This document shows, one piece after another, positions 47,461-55,896 of a stretch of 64,000 nt of DNA. Source of the stretch: Candidatus Brocadiia bacterium (GTDB taxonomy: Bacteria > Planctomycetota > Brocadiia > CAIUPP01); contig JBEKCB010000008.1 in the NCBI GenBank assembly GCA_050015075.1, positions 1 through 64,000 on the forward strand, given 5' to 3'. The notes beneath the pieces are model-generated. The model had not been told where the DNA came from. It was given only the letters and a program-made list of their open reading frames with translations, and did not search any database. How positions within the stretch are numbered: position 1 is the stretch's first letter; each line of letters begins with the position of its first letter. The position numbers and the translations under genes are program-made.

Positions 47461-47486
47461 ATACGCAGCTTAGCCGAAAGGGGCCT

Positions 47487-48008
47487 ATGGCAACGAAGCG
47501 CTGGGTGGTTCATCGCATCCCGAAATATGAGCGGCTGCAGCGGATGGCGGAGCGTTTTCCCTCGCTGGACCCCACCGCTGTCCAGACGGTTCACGTGTTG
47601 ATGGGCGTCGCCGACGAAGTGTCAGCGGCGATCGGGGCCAACCTGGCGCGCTACGGGATCGGCCAGGGCAAGTATGTCGTGCTGGGGCTGCTGCTGGAAC
47701 ATCAACCCAGGGCGCTTTCCCACTCGGAGCTGGCGGAGCTGTACGGCGTCACCAAGGGCGACATCACCGGACTCGTGGACGGGCTGGAGCGCGACGGTTA
47801 TGTGAAGCGGGAGGCCCGCGGCGACGACCGCCGGGTTACACCCATCGCGCTGACTCCGGCCGGGCGGCGGCTCATCGAGAAAATCCTGCCCGATCACGCC
47901 GGCTGGGTGTCGGCGCTCATGGCCGGTCTTTCCGTTTCCGAGCGCAAAACACTCATGTCGCTGCTCACCAAGGTGCAGTCCGGCTTGCCCGCGCTGAAGC
48001 GCAAGTGA
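47487..48008 (+). CDS. MarR family transcriptional regulator
   Basis: SELA...GVT...ITGLVDGLE.DG.V.R....DDRR....LTPAGR. Confidence 0.92.
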   Translation: MATKRWVVHRIPKYERLQRMAERFPSLDPTAVQTVHVLMGVADEVSAAIGANLARYGIGQGKYVVLGLLLEHQPRALSHSELAELYGVTKGDITGLVDGLERDGYVKREARGDDRRVTPIALTPAGRRLIEKILPDHAGWVSALMAGLSVSERKTLMSLLTKVQSGLPALKRK

Positions 48009-48024
48009 TGCGGCCGGGACAAAC

Positions 48025-50826
48025 TCACGGCGTGCGCCCGGACGCCGCCAGGGTCTTCTTCAGGGCCGCCATGCGCGCTTCGGAGCCTTCGAAAAGGTCG
48101 TCCGGGAACTTGTAATAGAGAAGGATGTCGTCCAGCAGTTCCTTGCTCAAGTTGCGGTTCAATGCCAGCCCCGCCAGGTATTGCAGCCGCAGGTTCATGT
48201 CGGTGTTGATCTGCGCGCCGCTGAGCCACCCGGCCAGGTCCCCGGCTTGTCCGGCATAGGTGGACAGCAGGTCAACGGCAACCTCCGGCGCCTCGCCGTA
48301 GCCCTCTCCCAGCGGACGGCGCGCGCCGAACTTCACATCCTCGAGTGATTGCTTCACCTTCGGATGCGAGTCCAGCCACTGCTGCAGGCGATCCACGTCA
48401 ATCTTTTCGACCGGCTCCGCCTGCCCGAAAAGCACGGTGTCGTACCCCTCGCCCGAAGAATCGTTGCTCCAGATGACGCCGTTCGGGAACACCTCGAAGA
48501 AGGTCGCAATCCCGCTCTTGGCGCTCGTCGAGTCGCTCTCGTACAGCGGGAACCAGAGCGCGACGATCCCGCCGGGGTTCAGATGGGCCTTGCACATCTG
48601 GTAGTACTCGCGCGTGTTCAGCGCGGCGCAGCCCTTGACCCACGGGTCTATCGGGTCCGACGTGATGATGTCGAACTTTTCCTTCGTGGTGCGGATGAAG
48701 TGCCGCCCGTCGTCCAGGATCACCTGCGTGCGGGGGTCCGCCACCACGTTGTAGTTCTCCTTGGCGAACATCGGCGCCACGTCCCTGGGCACGACCGGCT
48801 CGATGTCGCAGATGACGATCCGCTGGACGGCATCGTAGGGCACGAATGAACCGGCGGTCACGCCCGCGCCGCAGGCGACCACGAGGACCGACCGCACGGA
48901 ATCGGGGTCCCTGCGCGCCAGCATCGTGAGGTGCCCGAGCATGCGCTGCAGGCGCATGTCCTGCGGATGGGTGGAGGCCTGCACCTTGCCGGCCCCGTGG
49001 AAATAACGAAAACTGTCCTTGTCCTCCGAGACGGCGACGGTGACGTTCATGCCTTCCCGCACCAGGGCGCAATGCCAGTTCGCCGCGCCGCCGCCGTAAG
49101 CGGCGGAAGACGCTTCCTGTCGCTCGAAGGCCTGCCCCTTGCGCAACGCGGAAAGCAGCTCCGCGCGGTTGGCCGCGATCCAGGGATCCATGACGGGCTT
49201 GGCGGCCGTCATCAGCGCCTGGCCGGCTGCGCCGCTGGACTGGGCCTCATAACGTATGGCGCCGTCGGAGACTCGCAGGGTCACATGCCAGCCCTCGGCG
49301 TATTTGAGCAGTGCGATTTCCTTCAGATCGAGGACTCCAGGATAAACTTCCGACATGTAGGTGCCGCAGAAGCGGCCAAAGCCGACGGCGGCCCACGGCA
49401 TCGGCGAGACGCGCCGGGTCAACAGCGGCGTGAGCACCGCGGCCGCCACGAGCCCGATGATCGCCGGCATCGCCGGCAGGCGCTCGGTCCGAATCTCTTC
49501 GCGCGCCCGGAACCACCGCCAGGCCGCCGGAGCCAGGCACACGACCGCGGACAGGCCGGCGAGCATGAGCATGATCCGCTGCGACCACTGGCTGCCGATC
49601 GCAGGGATCAGCAGCAGGCTGAAGGCCAGCGCTCCCGCAATCGCCCCGACCGTGTTGGCTGCATAGACGCCCGCCACCAGGCGTCCCGAGTCCTGCCCCG
49701 GTCGCGCGGCGGCCGCCAGGGCCAGCGGAAAACTCGCTCCCCAGCAGAGCGCCGCCGGCAGCACCACGTACAGGCATCGCAGCAGGTCCAACTGGAACGT
49801 GAACCATGGGCTGATGGAAATCGAAGGGTTGATCGGCCAGAACGGCAGCGAGTCCGAAAGCGCCCAGGCCGCCCAGGCGATCGCGCCCGCCAGGAGCAGT
49901 TGGCTATATCCGAGCGCCAGCCGCGGGTGCGCCGTACGCGCCAGGAAAGAACCGGCGGCGCTGCCGAGCCCCAGCCCAAGCAGAAACAGCGCCAGGATGG
50001 CCGAGAAGGTGTAAACCGTGCCTCCCAGCAGCAGCGACAGCAGCCGCGTCCAGACCACCTCCGCTCCCAGCGCCGTCAGCCCGGACAGGGCGATCACGAT
50101 ATACACGCTCCACGGGCCGGCTTCGGCCGGGGATTTCGCCTGCGGCCGGGCGATGACCGCCGGCCGATAGGACCACACCGCCGATAACGCCACGCTGATC
50201 GCCGATACGGTCAAGTTGACGGCCACCGCGAAATAGGTTGTCGCCGCCATGTCCGAGATTCGCAGCAGGTAGAACCCGGCCAGAAGACATCCCGCCACCG
50301 CTCCCGCGATGTTCGCTCCGTAGAGGAACCCCAGCCACGAGACGCCTTCCGGCGTCGTCTCCACCCAGCGCGAGAGCGCCGGCAGCGTCGCGCCCATCAG
50401 CATCGCCGGCGGCAGCAGGCACACCACGCTCAGCACCCCTCGCAGCGCCAGCGATGCAATCCACCCGCCGCCCGCGACGCCGGTGTAAAGCGTCTCGATG
50501 TGCGGCATTCCGTACAGCACCGCCAGCGCAATCACCCCGATGCCCAGTTCCAGGGCGGCGTAAACCCGCAGCGGGTGCCGATTCGGGGAGATGAGCCGAG
50601 GCAATAACAGGCTGCCCAGGCACATCCCACCCATGAATGTGCCGAGCAGCACTCCCAGGGAAACCGCCGTGGAGCCGATGACGAGCTGCAGCAACTGAAG
50701 CCACACGATCTCGTATACCAATGCCGCGCACCCGCTGCCCATGAACAGCGGCAGCAGGAGGAGCAGTCGCGTCGGGGAGGGATTCGATCCCGGAGGAGCG
50801 TTCTGGAGCGGCGCCGAGTTGGCCAT
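48025..50826 (-). CDS. Fused membrane (MFS-like) / spermidine-synthase-like SAM-dependent protein
   Basis: SG.AAL.YEIVW, LMGATLP, LYGAN.AGA, GKVQAS, GAGVTAG, DGRHF, KFDIITSDP.DPW.KG. Confidence 0.88.
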   Translation of the reverse strand: MANSAPLQNAPPGSNPSPTRLLLLLPLFMGSGCAALVYEIVWLQLLQLVIGSTAVSLGVLLGTFMGGMCLGSLLLPRLISPNRHPLRVYAALELGIGVIALAVLYGMPHIETLYTGVAGGGWIASLALRGVLSVVCLLPPAMLMGATLPALSRWVETTPEGVSWLGFLYGANIAGAVAGCLLAGFYLLRISDMAATTYFAVAVNLTVSAISVALSAVWSYRPAVIARPQAKSPAEAGPWSVYIVIALSGLTALGAEVVWTRLLSLLLGGTVYTFSAILALFLLGLGLGSAAGSFLARTAHPRLALGYSQLLLAGAIAWAAWALSDSLPFWPINPSISISPWFTFQLDLLRCLYVVLPAALCWGASFPLALAAAARPGQDSGRLVAGVYAANTVGAIAGALAFSLLLIPAIGSQWSQRIMLMLAGLSAVVCLAPAAWRWFRAREEIRTERLPAMPAIIGLVAAAVLTPLLTRRVSPMPWAAVGFGRFCGTYMSEVYPGVLDLKEIALLKYAEGWHVTLRVSDGAIRYEAQSSGAAGQALMTAAKPVMDPWIAANRAELLSALRKGQAFERQEASSAAYGGGAANWHCALVREGMNVTVAVSEDKDSFRYFHGAGKVQASTHPQDMRLQRMLGHLTMLARRDPDSVRSVLVVACGAGVTAGSFVPYDAVQRIVICDIEPVVPRDVAPMFAKENYNVVADPRTQVILDDGRHFIRTTKEKFDIITSDPIDPWVKGCAALNTREYYQMCKAHLNPGGIVALWFPLYESDSTSAKSGIATFFEVFPNGVIWSNDSSGEGYDTVLFGQAEPVEKIDVDRLQQWLDSHPKVKQSLEDVKFGARRPLGEGYGEAPEVAVDLLSTYAGQAGDLAGWLSGAQINTDMNLRLQYLAGLALNRNLSKELLDDILLYYKFPDDLFEGSEARMAALKKTLAASGRTP

Positions 50827-51014
50827 GATTTCCCAGATGACCGGCGGTTCGATACCATCGTGAACCACGCGGGTGATATTCTACACATCCCGGCCGGTTC
50901 CGCAAGCCGGAATCGGTTGGAGCGTGGAACTTGACAGGGCGGCCTACGATCAACAGAATGTGAAGTTTGAAGACCGGGTCTATCCGGAAACCCGCGGCTT
51001 GGAGGAGAAGGATC

Positions 51015-51974
51015 ATGCGAGTACTCGTCATCGGCGCGACCGGGCACATTGGAAGCTACCTGGTCCCGCGGCTTGTCCAGGCAGGCCACACCGTTGCGGC
51101 CGTCGCGCGGCATCCGCAGCCGCAGTACGCCGACGCGCGCCTCGGGTGGTCGGAGGTGGAATGGGTCCTGGCCGACCGAACCGCCGGAGAGTCCGACGGC
51201 ACATGGCCGCAGCGGATGGCGAAGATGGACGTCGACGTCGTCATGGACATGCTCTGCTTTACGCCCGGGCAGAATCAGCAGATGTACGAGGCCTTCAAGG
51301 GCAGAATCCAGCATTTCATTCACTGCGGCACGGTCTGGGCGTACGGCCCGCCGGAGAAAGTCCCCTACGAGGAGCATTTCGCGCGCAAGCCGATCACTCA
51401 GTACGGCGTGGACAAGGCGAAGATCGAGGAGTTCCTGCTGCGCAAGTATCGCGAGGAAGGATTCCCGGCGACCGTCATCCATCCCGGCCACATCTCCGGC
51501 CGCAAATGGCTGCCGATTGATCCGCAGGGAACCCGCGACGGCGTCAAGGTGTACGAGCGCCTCGCCACCGGACAGGAAGTCTGCCTGCCCGAGATGGGGC
51601 TCGGCAGACTCCACCACGTTCACGGAGACGATGTCGCGCAGCTCTTCGAGCTGGCCATGACCCGCCGCGAGGCGGCGCTCGGCCAAAGCTTCAGCGCTGT
51701 GGCGCCCTATGCCATGACGCTCGTGGGGTGCTGCAACTCCGTGGCCGCGCTGTTCGGCAGGAAGCCGAATCTGAAATTCCTGCCCCTGGACCGATACCGC
51801 GAGGCCGTCGGCGAGAAGAACTACGGGATTACGCTGGAGCACATGAGCCACTCTCCGTGTGCCAGCATCGAGAAAGGCCGGCGTCTGCTGGGCTATTCGC
51901 CGCGCTACACCACCGAGCAGATTTATCGCGAGTGCATCGAGTACCTGCTGGAACAGGGCAAGCTCGCCGTATGA
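51015..51974 (+). CDS. NAD-dependent epimerase/dehydratase
   Basis: VIGATGHIGSYLVPRL, YG.DK, HPGHISG, HHVH.DDVAQ; TTGACA-N17-CAGAAT upstream. Confidence 0.88.
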   Translation: MRVLVIGATGHIGSYLVPRLVQAGHTVAAVARHPQPQYADARLGWSEVEWVLADRTAGESDGTWPQRMAKMDVDVVMDMLCFTPGQNQQMYEAFKGRIQHFIHCGTVWAYGPPEKVPYEEHFARKPITQYGVDKAKIEEFLLRKYREEGFPATVIHPGHISGRKWLPIDPQGTRDGVKVYERLATGQEVCLPEMGLGRLHHVHGDDVAQLFELAMTRREAALGQSFSAVAPYAMTLVGCCNSVAALFGRKPNLKFLPLDRYREAVGEKNYGITLEHMSHSPCASIEKGRRLLGYSPRYTTEQIYRECIEYLLEQGKLAV

Positions 51975-51990
51975 TCGTCAGGGGCGCCGC

Positions 51991-52200
51991 CTATGCTCCG
52001 GCCCTGGGGAGCGCTGCTTTCGGCTCCGACTTCGCCTGGAGATTCTTCGTGAGCGCGGCAGCCAGGCCCTGGAACGCGCCGAGGTCGCCGCCGGCGACGA
52101 GGATGTCCGGGACGATCTTGATCTTCTCCCGCGCCAGCTCTTTGCTGATGTTGACCAGCGCCGTAGGTATCTGGCCGAGGGCGTTGACCTGCGCCGCCGA
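51991..52200 (-). pseudogene. Orphan 3' fragment of a flotillin/SPFH-like gene
   Basis: Reads SAAQVNALGQIPTALVNISKELAREKIKIVPDILVAGGDLGAFQGLAAALTKNL...stop, with GC-rich third positions and no start codon. Confidence 0.6.
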
Positions 52201-52529
52201 CTGAAGTCCATGAAAGGAATTCCCTTCGCGTTCTGGCCGGCCAACTGGTTCACCAAGTCGTGATTTACACTGCTGGGAAGTTGTCCGTACTCCTGCCTGT
52301 AGGCGTCCACCGCCAGCCCGACGGACGACATTATGGCGTTGGTCTCTGCAATGGGTCGAATTCCGGGACGCATGGCGATCGGGAGAAGGAGAGCCGCGCT
52401 AATGCCTATCAGAACCGGCGTTGACCATAGGATCATCAACCAAAGGGTGCTGCGGGTCAATAAAGGAAGCTTGCGCCTTTTCGCGGAGTCCGCCGACTGC
52501 TTTTCTTCATCCGTCACCGCGCCCACCAT
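52200..52529 (-). pseudogene. Truncated 5' part of a GspG/pseudopilin-like gene
   Basis: TM helix then AVDAYRQEYGQLPS...LV..LAGQN.KGIPFM; runs into off-frame sequence before the expected DPWG motif. Confidence 0.5.
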
Positions 52530-52550
52530 TTCATGTTTGGCAGGCCGGCA

Positions 52551-53540
52551 TTATTTCTCGGATGCCGCGCCCGATACTCCCTCATCCTGCACCAGCGTCC
52601 AATCGCTGCCCGGATTGTATTCCTTCATCGCCGCCGCGACCTGGGAAGTCTTTTCACCCAGGTTGCGCTGGTAAACCTTGCCGTCCTGGTTGACCATAAA
52701 TGTCATGATGCCCGACTGGTCCCAGTGCTGCGGATAAGCCACCAGCGCGAACCCGCCCGTCAAGTTGCCGCCGCTCATGTAATCCATTTCCCCGCCAGGC
52801 GCGTCCTTGCCCTGGCAGGTCAGAATCTTGAAATAATAACCGTGGAACGGCTTCACGCCGGTGCCCATTTTCTGGCCAAACCCCTCGACGTGAGCCTGCG
52901 CCACCAGCGGCCCGAACGGGCTGGCCGGTTCTTCCCCCGCCGTCGGCCAGTAGAGGCCATCCTTCTTGCCGGCCGCGCTCTTGAATTTCTGCGCGTACTT
53001 CGTTCCTTCGCCCGCCTCCGGGTTCGCGGCGGCGTACTGCCGTTGCGCGGCCACGTAAGCCCGGCAAACGCCGATGGCGTGGAGTTCGTCCTTCCCGATG
53101 TGCCGGTTGATGATCTCCTCTTTGCCAGCCGCCGTGTCGAAATGCCATTGCCCGTCCGCCTTTACCAGCGGAATCGGCATCGGCCAGGCGTCCGGCCCAA
53201 CCTCCAGAGTAATTTTATCCTCGCCCTCTTTCACCTGCTTGCAGCCCTGCGCCATGAGGGCGGCGAACCGCTTCGAATTGTTCGCGTCCTGCACTTTGTC
53301 GCCGGTCAGAAGTTCATCAATCCCCGAGCCGTAAACTTCGCGCAAGGCCGCTCTATCGTGCGACTCGACGGCCGCCTGCAGGGCCTGGACAGCCTCATCC
53401 GGCGATGCGAACAACCGTGGCGCGACTGCGACTTTCGGTTGCGCTTCTGGCGGCTGCGCCGCCGTGCATCCGATCAAGGCCGCCACCAGCGCAAGGGTCA
53501 AAAGGCCGGCAAAACGCATCCATTGATTTGAAGGTTTCAT
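52551..53540 (-). CDS. DUF2950 family protein (copy 2), lipoprotein
   Basis: LIGC lipobox; WPMPIPL, FDT.AG.EEI..R.IG..EL, KDGLYW, PFHGY, GFALVAYP...SG.MTF. Confidence 0.92.
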   Translation of the reverse strand: MKPSNQWMRFAGLLTLALVAALIGCTAAQPPEAQPKVAVAPRLFASPDEAVQALQAAVESHDRAALREVYGSGIDELLTGDKVQDANNSKRFAALMAQGCKQVKEGEDKITLEVGPDAWPMPIPLVKADGQWHFDTAAGKEEIINRHIGKDELHAIGVCRAYVAAQRQYAAANPEAGEGTKYAQKFKSAAGKKDGLYWPTAGEEPASPFGPLVAQAHVEGFGQKMGTGVKPFHGYYFKILTCQGKDAPGGEMDYMSGGNLTGGFALVAYPQHWDQSGIMTFMVNQDGKVYQRNLGEKTSQVAAAMKEYNPGSDWTLVQDEGVSGAASEK

Positions 53541-53580
53541 AGGTTCCTCAGATCTTTTTATGCCCAATGAACTGCGCGGC

Positions 53581-54108
53581 TCACCGCTTTCCCTCATGCC
53601 CGCCGCCCTCGTGACCGCCGCCCTCGCCGCCGTGCGGCGCAGGGTGCGCCTCTGCGCGGCTTTCAGCTCCGCGATGGCTGTAATCGCGCACGTCGCGTCC
53701 CCGATCATAGCCACCGCCGAAAAGATACAGATCAGGTCCCGTTACCACGACTCCGCCGCCGTAATATGGAACGTCCGAGACCGGCATGAATGTGACGACA
53801 ACACTGTGCTGCCCATGGATGGCGCCCAGCGTGAAGCCGGGCGTGTTGGCGGCAACGAGGTTCCCGTCAACGAAGACCTGGTACACCATAAAACCCGGGT
53901 CCGGAATGAACGTGAATGATGCGCCGGCCCCGTCGGGGAAATACACCGTGCCGGCCGGACTGATGGAACCGTTGCCCCCTGACGAGGCATAAATAGGCCA
54001 GGAGACTTGCGCGAAGGCGCCTCCTCCGGCAAGAAGAATGATCAGCCCGGCGAGGAAAATCGTGAAAACGATGCGCGAACAGCCGGCGTTCCTGGGAATT
54101 TCTCTCAT
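53581..54108 (-). CDS. Secreted protein with an InlB-B/Flg_new-like repeat domain and a Gly/His-rich tail
   Basis: I.AS.G.NGSISP.G.V....G....F...PD.G.....V.VDG; signal peptide. Confidence 0.7.
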   Translation of the reverse strand: MREIPRNAGCSRIVFTIFLAGLIILLAGGGAFAQVSWPIYASSGGNGSISPAGTVYFPDGAGASFTFIPDPGFMVYQVFVDGNLVAANTPGFTLGAIHGQHSVVVTFMPVSDVPYYGGGVVVTGPDLYLFGGGYDRGRDVRDYSHRGAESRAEAHPAPHGGEGGGHEGGGHEGKR

Positions 54109-54223
54109 GGCACATGACCCTTAAGAGTGCGGACAAAAACCCCGGACGGCTGGCTCCTCGCGCCACCGGCGAAGAGCGCAACTCCCCTGACGAATCCAGA
54201 TTACATCAGGCTGTGCGACGAAG

Positions 54224-55870
54224 TCAAGCCCGCCGTGCAATCTCCGCGTTCACCCTTTCGCGCTGCCGCAGGATCCAGCCCATGGACCGCGGATAGGTGA
54301 ACATGTCCTTGATCGGCCCGAGAGCCAGCAGCCGCGCCGCCTCACCCGGAGGTGTGCCGCCGGCCAGCCTCTCCAGCAACTGCAGCGCTCGCATATCCTG
54401 AAGCCCCTCGCGAAAGACTTCCCAGCGGATGGAATCCACAGGGCCGTCCTTGCCGGGGTAGACGACATACGCGTCGCCCGGAGGCAGCAGCCGCCCGCCG
54501 TCCGCGGTGGTATAAGGGTCGAGCAGCTCGCCCGTCAGGCCCGCGTACCAGTGGTTGAAGCCCCACTGGAGGAAGCCCTCGAACCCGAACTTATGCAACT
54601 GCCACCCCAGGATTCGATTGCGCGCGCCGGGGAAATCCAGGAACCGGTTCGACACGCGGTCGGTCTGCCCGCAACAGTAATAGGTCCACAGGTGCGGGAC
54701 GCGGGCATCCAGGAACGCCTGTGCGTGGTTCGACGCCGGGCAGGGCCGGTCCACCGCGCCCTCGCGATAGAACTCGATGTTCGACAGGGCGTCGAGCACG
54801 GGCAATTCGGGCGCGCCTCGGCGCAGGATGTCGCGCACGGCCCGGTAGTCGGCCAGGTGCTCCACCTGCGGCTCGTCGGAGACGTGCAGGAACGCGCGCG
54901 TCAGAGCCTTCTTGCGCCGCAGGACGGCGACTAGTCCGGGCAGAAATTGAAGGAGGAACTTGCGATACTCCGGGCCGGAGGAACGCGTCTCCCATCCGAA
55001 GATGCGGCGCATCCGCCCGTTGACCTTCGCGACGATCTTGGGCGCAGACTTTGCGCCCCATTGCGTCGAAAGGTGCGAAATCTCGAAATCCGTCATCCCG
55101 CACCGCCGGCAGAGGTCCATCCACTTCTCCAGGTTGCGGAAGCCGAAGCGGTACTCATCCCGGCCGGTCACTTCGACCTCCACCAGTTGCATCGTGGGCC
55201 GTTCCGTGCCGACGGCGGTATCCAGCGGCGGCGTGAAGACCGGCGTCAGGATCGTATTGACGCCGTGCCCGGCGGCATTGCGCAGGTACCGTTCCGCGAT
55301 ACGCCAGTGCTCCGCCGACCAGGCCTCGAAGCCGTAGTAAGACTGCAGGCAGTCGTTGTAGAACCAGTGGGTGACTTTGAGCCGCTGTTCCGGCAGCGTC
55401 GCGGCGACGACCTGCACGTCCGCAGCCAGCTCGGCCACGCGCCGGCCGCCGGTGCGGACGCGGATTCTCAACCGGCTGCGCCCCGCCGGCGCCTGCCTGG
55501 GAACGGGCAACGTAAACCAGATGCCGCGCGTCTGGCCGGGATAGGTTTTCCAGGGAACATTCGGAATGAGCGGGTCGGGATAGAATCCCGGAGCCCGGCC
55601 GATGCGGTTTTCCGGTTTCTCGCGGTAGGTCGGATGCTCGACGTGCGCCAGGTCAATCCGGCGCGCCGTGGCCAATACCGCGAGCGCCCCGGAGACATCC
55701 AGGCCCACTTCGCCCTGGCGGTCCGAGCGGTAGATCACCTGGAAAGAGAGAACCTCTCCGCGCAGTCCGCTCAACTGAATCCGGTCCCGGCGCGGGACGG
55801 GCGAGTCGGCGAAAAAAGTTTCCAGGCTGTATCCGAGTCCGACGGCCACTCGCGCTGCGGACGGAATCAT
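54224..55870 (-). CDS. DUF4091 / GH123-like protein
   Basis: RGE..SFQ, YPDPL, HVSDEP, WTYYCC, RNRI.G, GFLQWG.N, PGD...VYPG, SIRWE..REG.QD. Confidence 0.8.
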   Translation of the reverse strand: MIPSAARVAVGLGYSLETFFADSPVPRRDRIQLSGLRGEVLSFQVIYRSDRQGEVGLDVSGALAVLATARRIDLAHVEHPTYREKPENRIGRAPGFYPDPLIPNVPWKTYPGQTRGIWFTLPVPRQAPAGRSRLRIRVRTGGRRVAELAADVQVVAATLPEQRLKVTHWFYNDCLQSYYGFEAWSAEHWRIAERYLRNAAGHGVNTILTPVFTPPLDTAVGTERPTMQLVEVEVTGRDEYRFGFRNLEKWMDLCRRCGMTDFEISHLSTQWGAKSAPKIVAKVNGRMRRIFGWETRSSGPEYRKFLLQFLPGLVAVLRRKKALTRAFLHVSDEPQVEHLADYRAVRDILRRGAPELPVLDALSNIEFYREGAVDRPCPASNHAQAFLDARVPHLWTYYCCGQTDRVSNRFLDFPGARNRILGWQLHKFGFEGFLQWGFNHWYAGLTGELLDPYTTADGGRLLPPGDAYVVYPGKDGPVDSIRWEVFREGLQDMRALQLLERLAGGTPPGEAARLLALGPIKDMFTYPRSMGWILRQRERVNAEIARRA

Positions 55871-55896
55871 GGATGCTCCCTTTCCGAGGCCAGTTA

